This document shows, in pieces, positions 1 through 10,300 of a stretch of 64,000 nucleotides of DNA (the stretch's first letter is position 1; the number at the start of each line of letters is the position of its first letter). A program made the translations under genes and the position numbers. Source of the stretch: Candidatus Eiseniibacteriota bacterium (GTDB lineage Bacteria; Eisenbacteria; RBG-16-71-46; SZUA-252); the NCBI GenBank assembly GCA_963703225.1, contig OY969801.1, forward strand, positions 2,048,001 through 2,112,000, given 5' to 3'. Below the pieces are notes generated by a model. The model was not told where the DNA came from. It ran no database searches and worked only from the letters and a program-made list of their open reading frames with translations.

Positions 1-1
1 T

Positions 2-403
2 GCCCCGGCGGGCGGCCTTGTAGAGCCGCGTCCCTCCGACCTTGATCGCGGAGTAAAGTGGCGGGCGCTGGCGAATCGTCCCCCGAAATCGCTCGAGCGC
101 GGCCTCGACCTCGGCGATCGTGGGAACGCGGTCCGATTGCTGGGTCACAACGCCCGTCCGATCCTGCGTGTCGGTCGCCACCCCGAGCCGCGCGCGGGCC
201 AGATACCGCTTGGGGAGCAGCCCCAGGCATCCCAAGAGCCCGGTCGCGCGACCCTCTCCGACCAAGAGGAGTCCGCTGGCGAAGGGATCGAGCGTCCCCG
301 CGTGTCCCACGCGGGATTCCCCGAGGACCGCGCGCAGGCGCGCGACCGCGTCGTGGGACGTCCAGCCTTCCGGCTTATCCACGAGGTGGAGGAGGTCCGC
401 CAT
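2..403 (-). CDS. truB: tRNA pseudouridine(55) synthase TruB (5' part, runs off window)
   Basis: Manual translation, not in the ORF track: MADLLHLVDKPEGWTSHDAV...VGHAGTLDPFASGLL...PPLYSAIKVGG. Follows rbfA/DHH. Confidence 0.95.
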   Translation of the reverse strand, partial: MADLLHLVDKPEGWTSHDAVARLRAVLGESRVGHAGTLDPFASGLLLVGEGRATGLLGCLGLLPKRYLARARLGVATDTQDRTGVVTQQSDRVPTIAEVEAALERFRGTIRQRPPLYSAIKVGGTRLYKAARRG

Positions 404-1361
404 TGACCGCCCGGTCGAGCGCGTCGAGCACGGCTCCCCGCACCTTCTCCAGTTCGCCGCGCACGCGGGCACCCGCCGCGTTTCGATGTCCTCCGCCCCC
501 AAACCGTCCCGCGATCTCGTTCACGTCGAGCGTGCCGTCCGAGCGGAAGCTCAGACGGACCTCGCCCGGAGCCACCTCTTGAATCAGGACTCCGACGCGA
601 GCCCCGTCCAGGGACTTCGCGAACTGGACGATTCCGTCGGCGTCCTCAGGGGTCGCGTGGGCCTTCTCGAACATGTCGCGGCTGATCGTGAGCGCCCCCA
701 CCTGACCGCCTCCCCGCTTCTCGAGCGATTCGAGGGCCAAGCCGAGGATCCGAAGGCTCGCTTCCGACTTTCGTCCGTAGAGCGCGTCGGCCGTGACCGA
801 GGGACGAGCGCCGCGCTCCACCAGCCGCGCCGCGAGGCGGAGCGCCCTGGGGGTGGTGTTCTGGTAGCGGAACGCGCCGGTGTCGGACGCGATCCCGACA
901 TAGAGGCACTCCGCCATTTCGGGGCCGATCGGCGCGCCGTACGATTCGAGGATCTCGTGGACCAGCTCGGCCGTCGCGCTCGCCTCCACGTTCACGAGCT
1001 TGGGGTTCCCGAATCCGTCGTTGGCCGCGTGGTGATCGACGTTCGCGACCTGGGCGTGCGGCGCTACGAGACCCGCCGCGTTGGGCCCGACCCGATCCAG
1101 GCTCGAGCAGTCGAGGACAAACGCCGCGTCGAAGGTCCGCGCCACCTGGGCGGGCTGCTTGACCCACTCGGAGCCGGGCAGAAAGCGGAGCCCGTCGGGG
1201 AGCGGCGACTCGTTCGCCGTGACGACCTTCTTCCCCAGGGCTCGGAGAGCCCAGGCGAGGCCCAGGCTGGAGCCGATCGCGTCGCCGTCCGGGTCGACAT
1301 GGGAGAGAATGAGAAATTCTTCTCGCCCATCGATGAAGTGGCGGAACTCGTCGTGCGGCAC
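375..1361 (-). CDS. nrnA: DHH/DHHA1 bifunctional oligoribonuclease/PAP phosphatase
   Basis: HVDPDGDAIGS, VDHH, SDTG and GGGGHRNAAG motifs; canonical position between rbfA and truB. Confidence 0.92.
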   Translation of the reverse strand: MPHDEFRHFIDGREEFLILSHVDPDGDAIGSSLGLAWALRALGKKVVTANESPLPDGLRFLPGSEWVKQPAQVARTFDAAFVLDCSSLDRVGPNAAGLVAPHAQVANVDHHAANDGFGNPKLVNVEASATAELVHEILESYGAPIGPEMAECLYVGIASDTGAFRYQNTTPRALRLAARLVERGARPSVTADALYGRKSEASLRILGLALESLEKRGGGQVGALTISRDMFEKAHATPEDADGIVQFAKSLDGARVGVLIQEVAPGEVRLSFRSDGTLDVNEIAGRFGGGGHRNAAGARVRGELEKVRGAVLDALDRAVNGGPPPPRG

Positions 1362-1365
1362 GGTC

Positions 1366-1731
1366 TCAGTCTCCCTGGGGTTCGCGGAGGTCGCGGAGGA
1401 GCTGCTCGATCCGCGCGCCTGCTTCGCTCGAGCGGTCGATGACGAACTGGAGGTTGGGCACGATCCGTAGGCCCAACCGCGGGGCCAGGAGGCTTCGAAA
1501 GTAGGGCGTCGCGTGCGCCAGCGCCTTGAGTATTGCGGGTTCGTCCGGGGCCGAAACGGGGCCGCTCACCCAAACCCTCGCCAACGCCAGATCCCGGGAA
1601 ACGCGCGCGCCGGTGACGTTGAGCGATCGAAGGCGAGGATCCTCGGCCTTGATGGCGAGAATCTCCGCCAGCTCGACCATGATGCGGTCGGCCACGCGGC
1701 GGGTGCGGGGGCTTTCGGAACGGGAAGCCAT
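1366..1731 (-). CDS. rbfA: Ribosome-binding factor A
   Basis: RTRRVAD...EDPRL...VSRDL...LRIVPNLQFVIDRS; synteny. Confidence 0.93.
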   Translation of the reverse strand: MASRSESPRTRRVADRIMVELAEILAIKAEDPRLRSLNVTGARVSRDLALARVWVSGPVSAPDEPAILKALAHATPYFRSLLAPRLGLRIVPNLQFVIDRSSEAGARIEQLLRDLREPQGD

Positions 1732-1753
1732 ACGAGAAACCCTCGGGAACGGT

Positions 1754-2035
1754 TCAGTCGATCGAGATCTGGTAATCGAGCACGGAGAGCCGCGGCTCCC
1801 CTTCCACGCAGGACAGGATGTCGCGTAGAACCCGGTCCAGTACGCCCTGTTCTCCCCCGACGATCGCCACGCCCAAGGTGGCCCGCTGCCACAGGTCCTG
1901 GTGGTCCACCTCCGCGATCGACGCGTTGAAGCGCGAGCGGACGCGATCCTTCACGTGATTGACGACCGACCGCTTGGCCTTGAGGGAGTCGGAGGACGGA
2001 ATATGAAGCTCGAGGCGCAAAGTGCCGACCCACAT
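1754..2035 (-). CDS. DUF503/YlxP family protein
   Basis: SLKAKRSVV...RFNASIAEVDHQDLWQR; lies between infB and rbfA. Confidence 0.9.
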   Translation of the reverse strand: MWVGTLRLELHIPSSDSLKAKRSVVNHVKDRVRSRFNASIAEVDHQDLWQRATLGVAIVGGEQGVLDRVLRDILSCVEGEPRLSVLDYQISID

Positions 2036-2036
2036 G

Positions 2037-4225
2037 TCAGGAGAGTCGGCGCGCGACTTCCTCGAGAATGTAGGCCTCGATGATGTCCTTCTCCTTGATG
2101 TCGTCGCGATCCTCGAGCGAGATTCCGCACTCGTACCCGCTCGCCACCTCGCGGACGTCGTCCTTGAACCGGCGCAACGAGGAGATCTTCCCGTCCCAGA
2201 TCGGTTGACCCTCGCGGATCAGCCGGGCGCGCGCGCTCCGTTGAATGGCGCCGCTCTGGACCATGCAGCCGGCGATGACGCCCGACTTGGTGGTGCGGAA
2301 GATCTGGCGCACCTCGGCGGTGCCGGCCACCGTCTCCCGGATTTCGGGCTTCAGGAGCCCCGACATGGCGTCCTTCACGTCGGCGACGGCCTCGTAGATG
2401 ATCTCGTAGAGGCGGACGTCCACCTTTTCTTTCGATGCGAGCTCCACCGCCTTGGGATCGGGCTTGACGTGGAATCCGATGATCACGGCGTCCGAGGCGG
2501 CGGCCAGGAGCACGTCCGATTCGCTGATCTGGCCCACCCCCCGGTGAATCACGCGGAGTTGCACCTCTTCGGTCGAGAGCTTCGTCAGCGAATCCTCGAG
2601 CGCTTCCACGGATCCGTCGACGTCTCCCTTCAGGACGACGAGGAGGTCGCTCACCTTCCCGGCCTTGATCTGGCTGTAGAGGTCCGTGAGCGTCACGTGC
2701 TTGAAGAGGCGGAACTCCTGCTCGCGCTGGAGCTGGCCTCGCTTGGTCGCCAGCTCGCGCGCCTCGCGCTCGTCTTCCATGGCGGCGAAGGTGTCCCCTG
2801 CCTGCGGCGCCGCGCTCCATCCGAGCACCTCGACCGGGGTGGAGGGCCCGGCGTCCAGGACGCGGCCGCCGCGCTCGTTCAGCATGGCCCGGACTTTTCC
2901 ACTCGTCGATCCCGCGACAAACGGGTCTCCGACGCGAAGGGTGCCCTTCTGGACCAGGACCGTGGCGATGATGCCGCGCCCCTGCTCCACGCGGGACTCG
3001 ATGACGATGCCGCGGGCCGCCTTGCTCGGGTCAGCCTTCAGCTCCAGGAGTTCCGCCTGGAGCAGGATCATCTCGAGCAACTTCTCGACGTTCGTGCCGA
3101 GCTTGGCCGAGATCGCCACGGCGATCGTCTTTCCGCCCCACTCCTCGACGAGCAGGTTCTGCTTGGATAGCTCCTGGCGGACCATCTCCACGTTCGCGCC
3201 GGGCAGATCGATCTTGTTGATCGCGACGATGATCGGCACGTTGGCCGCCCGCGCGTGGTCGATCGCCTCGACCGTCTGGGGCATGACGCGGTCGTCCGCG
3301 GCCACCACGAGGACCACGATGTCGGTGACCTGGGCGCCGCGGGCCCGCATGGCGGTGAACGCCTCGTGGCCCGGGGTGTCGAGGAACGTGATCTTGTCGC
3401 CCCGCGGCAGCTCCACTTCGTAGGCGCCGATGTGCTGGGTGATGCCGCCCGCCTCACCGGCGATGACGTTGGTCTTCCGGATGTAGTCGAGGAGCGACGT
3501 CTTGCCGTGATCGACGTGCCCCATGATCGTGACGACGGGAGGCCGCGAAACGAGGTTTCCGGTCTCCTCCGCCTCCACCTCGACTTCCTCTTCCCCCAAC
3601 TCCGAGACGAACTCGACCGCGAAGCCGAACTCGTCCGCGACCGCCATGATCGAGTCCTTGTCGAGGCGGCGGTTGATGTTGGCCATGATGCCGAGCTGCA
3701 TGCACGCGGCGATCACCTCTTGGGGCTTCGCCTCGAGATGGGCGGCGAGCTCGGCCACCGAGATGAACTCGCTGACGCGGATGACCCGCGGCGCCTCCTC
3801 TACGCCGACCGCGGCGCCCTCCTCGCGCTCGCGATGGTGGCGCCGGCGCTTGGTGCCCTCCATTTCGGCCATCGTCCGGCGGACCGAGGCACGGATCAGC
3901 TTCTCGTCGACGGCGCGCTTCTTCTTCTTGAGGCCCTTCGCGGCCTTGGCGCTCGCCAGAGCGCCCGCCGGGGCCGGCGGCGCTGGGCGTCCGCGACCGC
4001 CTTAGCCGCCTGGATCGCCTTCTCCTTCTTGCGGGCTTCCTCCTCCTTGACGGCTTCCTTCTCCCGGACGAGCTTGAGCCTCACCTGCTCGACCACGTCC
4101 TCGCCGATCGAGCTCATGTGGCTCTTCACGTCCACCTGAAGGGACCGGAGGATGTTGACGAGCGCCTCGCTCGACATCCCCATGTCCTTCGCCGCCTCGT
4201 AGACCCGCCGCTTCGTTCCTGGCAT
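2037..4225 (-). CDS. infB: Translation initiation factor IF-2 (one apparent indel near 3990)
   Basis: N-terminal RVYEAAK...VKSHMSS in one frame; [28 protein letters not shown] and GYECGI in the next. Confidence 0.96.
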
Positions 4226-4245
4226 CGCTCCTCGTTTCCGGCCCT

Positions 4246-5736
4246 TTACGCTTCGGGCTTGGTCTCCTCGGAATCATCCGGCTGAGCCGGCGCCTCGCTC
4301 ACTTCGGGGGAAGGCTCCACCGTCTCCGCGGCCTTGGCCGATTGCTCCGCCATGGCCGCCGCCTCCGCGCTCGCCCGCTCCGCCGCCTCCGCGCTCGCCT
4401 TCTCGGCGGCCTCCGCGGTCGCCTTCTCCGCGGTCGCCTTCTCCGCGGCAGCGACCTCCGCCCGCGCGGCCTCCGCCTCCAGCTCGCCGCTTCGCCTCAA
4501 GTCCAGCTCGCGCGCCTCTTCGAGCAGCTTCTCCGCGGTCTTCTCGCCGACACCCTGGATCGCGAGCAGCTCCGCGAGCGGTGTCTTCAAGAGATCCTGC
4601 ACCGTCTCGATCCCCTCGCGGATGAGCTTCTCGCGGAGCTTGGGCCCCGCGCCCGAAAGCTCTTCGATGTCGATCCGGACCTTCTTCTCGAAATCCCGCT
4701 GCCGCTCGCGCTCGCTCTTCGAGATGAGATCGATCTTCCAGCCGGTCAGCTTGGCCGCGAGGCGGGCGTTCTGGCCCCCCTTGCCGATCGCCAGCGAGAG
4801 CTGGTCGTCCGCGACCGTGACCAGAATCTTCTGCTCGGCCTCCACGACCTGCGCCTCGAGCACCTTGGCCGGGCTCAGGGCGCGGGTCACGAACACGACG
4901 GGGTCGTGGCTATAGGGCACGATGTCGATCTTCTCGCCCGCCCAGTTCGCGGACGATGGCCTGGACCCGGGAGCCCTTGATGCCGACGCACGCGCCCACG
5001 GCGTCGATCTTGTCGTCGTTCGAGAGCACCGAGACTTTGGCCCGGGAGCCGGGCTCCCGCGCGATGCCCTTCAACTCGATGATCTTCTCGGCCACCTCCG
5101 GCACCTCGGCCTCGAAGAGCCGGCGCAGGAATTCGGGATGGGTGCGCGAGAGGATGACCTGCGGGCCGCGCGCCAGCTTGTCGACCGCGATGATGTACGC
5201 CTTGATGTGGTCGCCCTGGTGGTAGCGATCGCGCGCGATCTGCTCGCGCGGCGGCAGGATCCCCTCCGAGCGGTCGAGCTTCACGTAGATGTTGCCGCGG
5301 TCCACCTGCTGGACCATGCCGCGGACCATCTCGCCGACGCGGTCGTGGTAATCCTCGTAGATCCGCTCGCGCTCGGCCTCGCGCACGCGCTGCACCAGCA
5401 CCTGCTTGGCCGCCGCGATCGCGTTTCGGCCGAGCTCCTCCAGCGACAGCTCCTGCACCAGCTCCTGGCCGATCGCGATCTCGGGCTCGATGCTGCGGGC
5501 CTCCGCCAGGTCGACCTCCAGACCGAGGTCGTCGGCGTCCTCGACCACGGCGCGCGGAGACGCATGACGATCCGGCCGCTCGCGTCGTCGAATCGAACCT
5601 CGATGTTCGCGTTGGCGCCGAAGCGCTTCCGCCCGGCGGAGAGGAGCCCGGCCTCGAGCGTCTCGACGAGGATGGTCTTGTCGACGCTCTTCTCGCGCGC
5701 GATCTGAGCCATCGCTTCCATCAGCTCGTAGTTCAT
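4246..5736 (-). CDS. nusA: Transcription termination factor NusA (apparent indels near 4937 and 5555)
   Basis: [10 protein letters not shown]-terminus, [31 protein letters not shown] and [25 protein letters not shown] spread over three frames; HhH domain plus Ala/Glu tail. Confidence 0.95.
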
Positions 5737-5768
5737 GTTCTTGGTTTGGGGTTCCCTTGCCAACGTTT

Positions 5769-6272
5769 TCATCCTTTGCGACGGCGTTCTTGGCCGCGCA
5801 TCCCTTCCCATGGATCGATGATCAAATGCGACTTCCGGATCGCCGCGTACGGCAGCGAGACGGTGCCTATTTCAGGGTCCGACAACACGATCGAGTCCGG
5901 CCCGGCCGCGCGGAGCTCCCCCCGGAACGTCCGGCGCCCGTCCTTCGGGTCGTGGAGCTTGACCTCCAGGCTCGTCCCGACGAAGCGCGCGTAATGCTCC
6001 GGGCGGATCAGCGCCCGCTCAATACCGGGCGTGCCCACTTCTAATACGTATCGCCCTTGGATGAGATTTTCCGCCTCGAGATACCGCCCGAGCTTCTTGT
6101 TCCAGTAGGCGCACTCTTGAAGCGACACGCCGGGCTGACGATCGACGAAGACCCGCACGACCGTCGCACCCGACTGGGAGGCAACCTCCAAGTCCCAAAG
6201 ATCGAACGACTCTTCGCGAAGGAGTGCCTCAATGCGTCCGGCGAGGTCCTCCCGAAGCTGGTTCCGTTCCAT
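5769..6272 (-). CDS. rimP: Ribosome maturation factor RimP
   Basis: VRVFVDR, YVLEVGTPGIERAL; first gene of the nusA-infB operon. Confidence 0.93.
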   Translation of the reverse strand: MERNQLREDLAGRIEALLREESFDLWDLEVASQSGATVVRVFVDRQPGVSLQECAYWNKKLGRYLEAENLIQGRYVLEVGTPGIERALIRPEHYARFVGTSLEVKLHDPKDGRRTFRGELRAAGPDSIVLSDPEIGTVSLPYAAIRKSHLIIDPWEGMRGQERRRKG

Positions 6273-6317
6273 ACACTTGGTCGCCCCTGGGCTTCCCCTG
6301 ACCGCGCGCCAGGGCCC

Positions 6318-6348
6318 AAAAAGTTCGAGTGGACCCCTGGCCCACTCG
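6318..6348 (-). promoter_or_regulatory. rimP leader: terminator-like attenuator hairpin
   Basis: Minus strand CGAGTGGGCCAGGGGTCCACTCG then AACTTTTT, between a promoter and rimP; resembles the known GAGTGGG...CCCACTC rimP leader. Confidence 0.75.
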
Positions 6349-6356
6349 GACCCCTG

Positions 6357-6385
6357 AACTTACTGGGCCAACCTCAGAGGTTCAA
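6357..6385 (-). promoter_or_regulatory. Putative sigma70 promoter of the rimP operon
   Basis: TTGAAC-N17-TAAGTT directly upstream of the leader hairpin. Confidence 0.6.
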
Positions 6386-6393
6386 GCAGAATT

Positions 6394-7353
6394 TCAGTTT
6401 GTGAGGAAATTGGGTCTGGTGACGAGACTTAGGAGGACCCGGCCGACCCCCTCCAAGCTTTCCGGGGAGCATCGGTCCGGGGTGTCGTGGGTGGTGTGCC
6501 ACTCCGGGTAGTCGAAATCGATGATGTCGATCGCCGGGATCCCGGCGTTCAGGAATGGGGTGTGGTCGTCGTAGACCGTGTGGCCCACGTCCGACCGGAA
6601 GCTCCGGATTCCCTGCGCGTTGGCCTCCCCCCAGACCAGATCCACGATGTTCGACGCCATGGTCCGCGAGTTCCCCTCCCAGTGAAGGGTGAGGTCCTTC
6701 TTTCCGACCATGTCGAGCACGATCACGAAGAGGGGCGGCTTCTTGTCGGAGGTCTGCTCCACGTACCGGGCGGACCCCCGGAACCATCCGTTGGGATCGG
6801 CCTCCGATCCGAGGTCCTCGCCGTCGAAGAGGACGATGTCGACTCCGACCCCCGGCGGGTTCTTCTTGAGCATCCGCGCGATTTCAAGAAGGACCGCCAC
6901 CCCGGAGGCGCCGTCGTTCGCGCCCAGAACCGGCAGATGGCGCTTGGCGGCAATCGGGTCGCGATCGGCCCAGGGTCGGGTGTCCCAATGCGCGCCCAAG
7001 AGGACCCGTTGCTTCCACTCGGGCCTGAAGCGGGCCACGACATTCATCAATCGGACGTCGGACCTGAGTATCGGTGAGTCATAGGAGAAGGTGTCCGCCT
7101 CCACCTCGGCGGCATAGCCGCGGAGCGTCTCGACGAGGAACGCGAAGCAGGAGTCGTGCGCCGCCGTTCCCGGAACCCGCGGGCCGAACGCGCACTGGCT
7201 GGTGAGCCACGTGAACGCGCGTTTGCCATCGAACGCGACGGCGGGGCGGTCGCACGAGGCGAAGCCGAGAAGAGCGACGGAGAGGGCAACCCGGAACGGC
7301 GCGTGAAACGCGCCGCGATCGCGATCAGAAGCGGAACTGGCCGTTGAACGCAA
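6394..7353 (-). CDS. M28-family lipoprotein, glutaminyl-peptide cyclotransferase-like (start uncertain)
   Basis: Lipobox FASC; GAHWDTR, GANDGASG, DGED, LDMVG, DDHTPF and WHTTHD motifs. Confidence 0.8.
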   Translation of the reverse strand: MRSTASSASDRDRGAFHAPFRVALSVALLGFASCDRPAVAFDGKRAFTWLTSQCAFGPRVPGTAAHDSCFAFLVETLRGYAAEVEADTFSYDSPILRSDVRLMNVVARFRPEWKQRVLLGAHWDTRPWADRDPIAAKRHLPVLGANDGASGVAVLLEIARMLKKNPPGVGVDIVLFDGEDLGSEADPNGWFRGSARYVEQTSDKKPPLFVIVLDMVGKKDLTLHWEGNSRTMASNIVDLVWGEANAQGIRSFRSDVGHTVYDDHTPFLNAGIPAIDIIDFDYPEWHTTHDTPDRCSPESLEGVGRVLLSLVTRPNFLTN

Positions 7354-10300
7354 TCGTGATGCCGCGGGTTGTGATTTCAGTCTTGAGGTCCTTGTTCTGC
7401 CGAAACGCCAGGTTGAAGCCGCCCGAGATCGACTGGGTGAAATTGTAATTCGTCGCGCTGCCCACGCTCAACACCTGGTTGTCGAGCTCCACGATGTCCT
7501 CCAGGGATTCCCGCTTGGTGATCTTCCGATCCGACGCGAGGGTGACGTTCAGGTTCAGGTTGAGATCGTTCGGGAGGCGGACCGGCTTCTTGTTCCAGGG
7601 AAACTTGATGCCCTTGGAAGCGGGATAGACCTTGGTGAAGCGAATGTCGGTGTTGACCGACTGCCGTTCTCCGATCGCGCCGAAGATCCGCTCGTCGACG
7701 CTGGTCGACTGCACGATGGTGGTGTTGATGTTGGCGCGGAGGCCGTTTCGCCAGACCAGGTCCCAACCGATGAGCGGCTGCCAGTTGGTGGTGTTGACCC
7801 GCTGCTCCAGGGGCCCGCCCTCCGGCCCCACCTCTTCCCGCCTGACGGCGTACCCCGAGTTCATCGACATCGACGAGATCGAGTTGGAGAGCCCGAAGAG
7901 CCGGTGAAGCTCCAGCCACCGCGCCTTGAGATCCGGGAGCGAGAGCGAGAGCTGCCGCCGCGGCCCCAAATTGGCGTCGGTGAAGGTCAATCGGTGGTCG
8001 GCCCGCGCGTCGATGGTGAGATTGGGCGTGGGGCGGATCGTGGTGTTCGCGCCGGTCGTGTAGATGCTGCTGGCCAAGAAGGTGGAGTTGTTGAGCCGCA
8101 CCACCTGGTCGGATGTGTTTTCCGTGAACCCGGTCTCGAAGAGGAATCCCGCGTCTCCGGTCACCCGCGTGATCGTCGTCAGACGCTCGAAGCCAAACGT
8201 CCCCTGGACGTCCTGGAGCTTGGAGACGACCAGCCGGACGGGCAGGAGGATGGGACCGCCGCCCCCTCCCGACTTTCCCCCGGCTTCGGGGCCATTTTCT
8301 GGGCGAAGCGGCCCAGCGGGAGCGTCGCCGTCGCGCGAGCCGAGCCTCCATTGTCGATGTTCTTGAGCCCTTCGGGATCGCTGGCGAGGAGCCGCAGCGA
8401 CGGCTGGGTGGATTGGTGGTACCGGCCGTTCATCGTGAGATTGGGCGTGAGGATCGCCAGCCATCGGGGCGCGTAGTTGAGCTCGTAATTGCGGCGCTGG
8501 TCGACCTCCGTGCCTTTGTTGAAGCCGAAGAATCCTTCCTGCTGGATCAGCATGTTCCGGATGGAGTTGATCCCAAAGCGGAGTCGGACGGAGCTGAGCG
8601 GCGTCCAGGACGAATTCCCGCTCAGGTTCAGGACCCTCGTCTTGACGTCCGACCGAAGCGCCACCGAATCGCCCTGGTCCAGGAGAGCCCGGCCGTAGGA
8701 GACGTCGCGGGACGAAACCCATCCCGACGTGAACCCGATCGTCTCGGGGAGCAGATTCACCTTCATCTTGGAGCCGAGGCCGAACCCGCCGCCGCCGATC
8801 GGCAGGTCGTAGGCCGTCGAGGCCGTGAAGTTCCACGACGAGTCGATCGAATTCGTATTGACCGAGCCGAATCGCGTGTAGGTCGCGCCTCCGCTCACCG
8901 CGTCGATCGTGTACTTCGCGATCCCCCGCCGCGGCGCGTTCCGGCGATAGGAGGCATCGATCGCCTGGCGATTGGTTTCCCGGGTCTCCAGGGCCGAACG
9001 GGTCCCGCTCAGGATCACGTCGGAGCCCGTCCGGAACTTGGGGACGTCGCTCGAGTGCTGCATCGAGAACCGCACCGGCACCTGGATCTGCGTGGCGGGG
9101 ACCAGTCGGTCGACGTTGAAGGTCGTGGAGAAACTGGTGGCGGCGTGGTTGATGCCGGACCCCTGGTTTGTGCCGGTGCCCACCCGGAAGAAGTTCTCGT
9201 CCTGGTTCTCGTAGCTCACGTTGAGCGCGACGACGTCCGCGAACAGGGCCTGAACCGAGACGTCGCCGCGCATCCCCCGATCCCGGTTGACGTCGGCCAG
9301 GCGGAGATCGTCGATCCAGATTTCACCCGCTTCGGGCGTGCCGCCGCCGGGGTTGTTTCGACTCGTGAGCCCGAAGCTAATCCTAAAGATCCGCGTGAAG
9401 CTCGGGTTCCCCACCACCGTGTAGATCTCGTTGGTCGAGGCGGCCGTGAGGGAGTCGACCTTGACCCGCACCGATCCTCCGGTTTCCTTGATCCTCGAGA
9501 GGTAATCCATCGGGATCACGAGGTTCTGCCATCCGGTCTTAACCGGCACGCTGTACTCGTAGTAGTTCACCGTGTCGGCGCCGAACCGGGCCACCGCCCG
9601 GAGATTCTGCGCCTCGACGCCGGCCTCGCCGTGCAGCCAGAATCGGACCTGCCCATACTGGGTCCAACCCACGCCGCTCTGATCCTGCCCCGAGGTCTTG
9701 TAGGCGAGGACGGAGTCGCCATACTCGACCCCCGCGAATCGGAGCGCCAACGACTGCTCCTTCTTGGTCGACGTTCCTCCCACCGTGTTCCCGACGTCGT
9801 AGGGGGAGGTGTAGATGTCGGCGTCGTCCTTGTTGTTCCGCACGCCAACCCCCAGCGCGGCACCCGGGTTGGTGATTCCCTGGGCCAGCCACCGGTTCCC
9901 CACCATCTCGATGCCGCCGATCTGGAGCTTCATGGGGCCGGTCATGCCGTTCACCCAGAGCCGAAGGTGCTGGATGCTCTCCCAGCTCGCCGAGTTCACG
10001 CTCTTGAACGCCGCCGAGGTGAGCGGAATGCGGAACAGCCGCCACCCGTTGTCCGCGCGGATCGGCTTGGAGACGTCGGGGTCGTTGGCGTAGTCCTTGG
10101 GCACGTCGATCGCGACGTAGGTGGTGTCCGACAGGTCGACCGTCGCCTCGAAGTAATCGTTGGTCTGGGTGTCGAAGATGCCGTCTCGGTTCAAATCCTC
10201 GGTGTCGGGCCGGCCGTTGGGATCGTTCTTGCTGCTCCCCTCGGTCTGGTTGATCTTGCTGTAGTCGCTGGGGTTGTTGTTCCGGTCGTAGTGGTAGTCG

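Noticed and set aside
4340..4475. Ala/Glu/Lys repeats in the NusA tail
   Set aside because: Low-complexity NusA tails are common.
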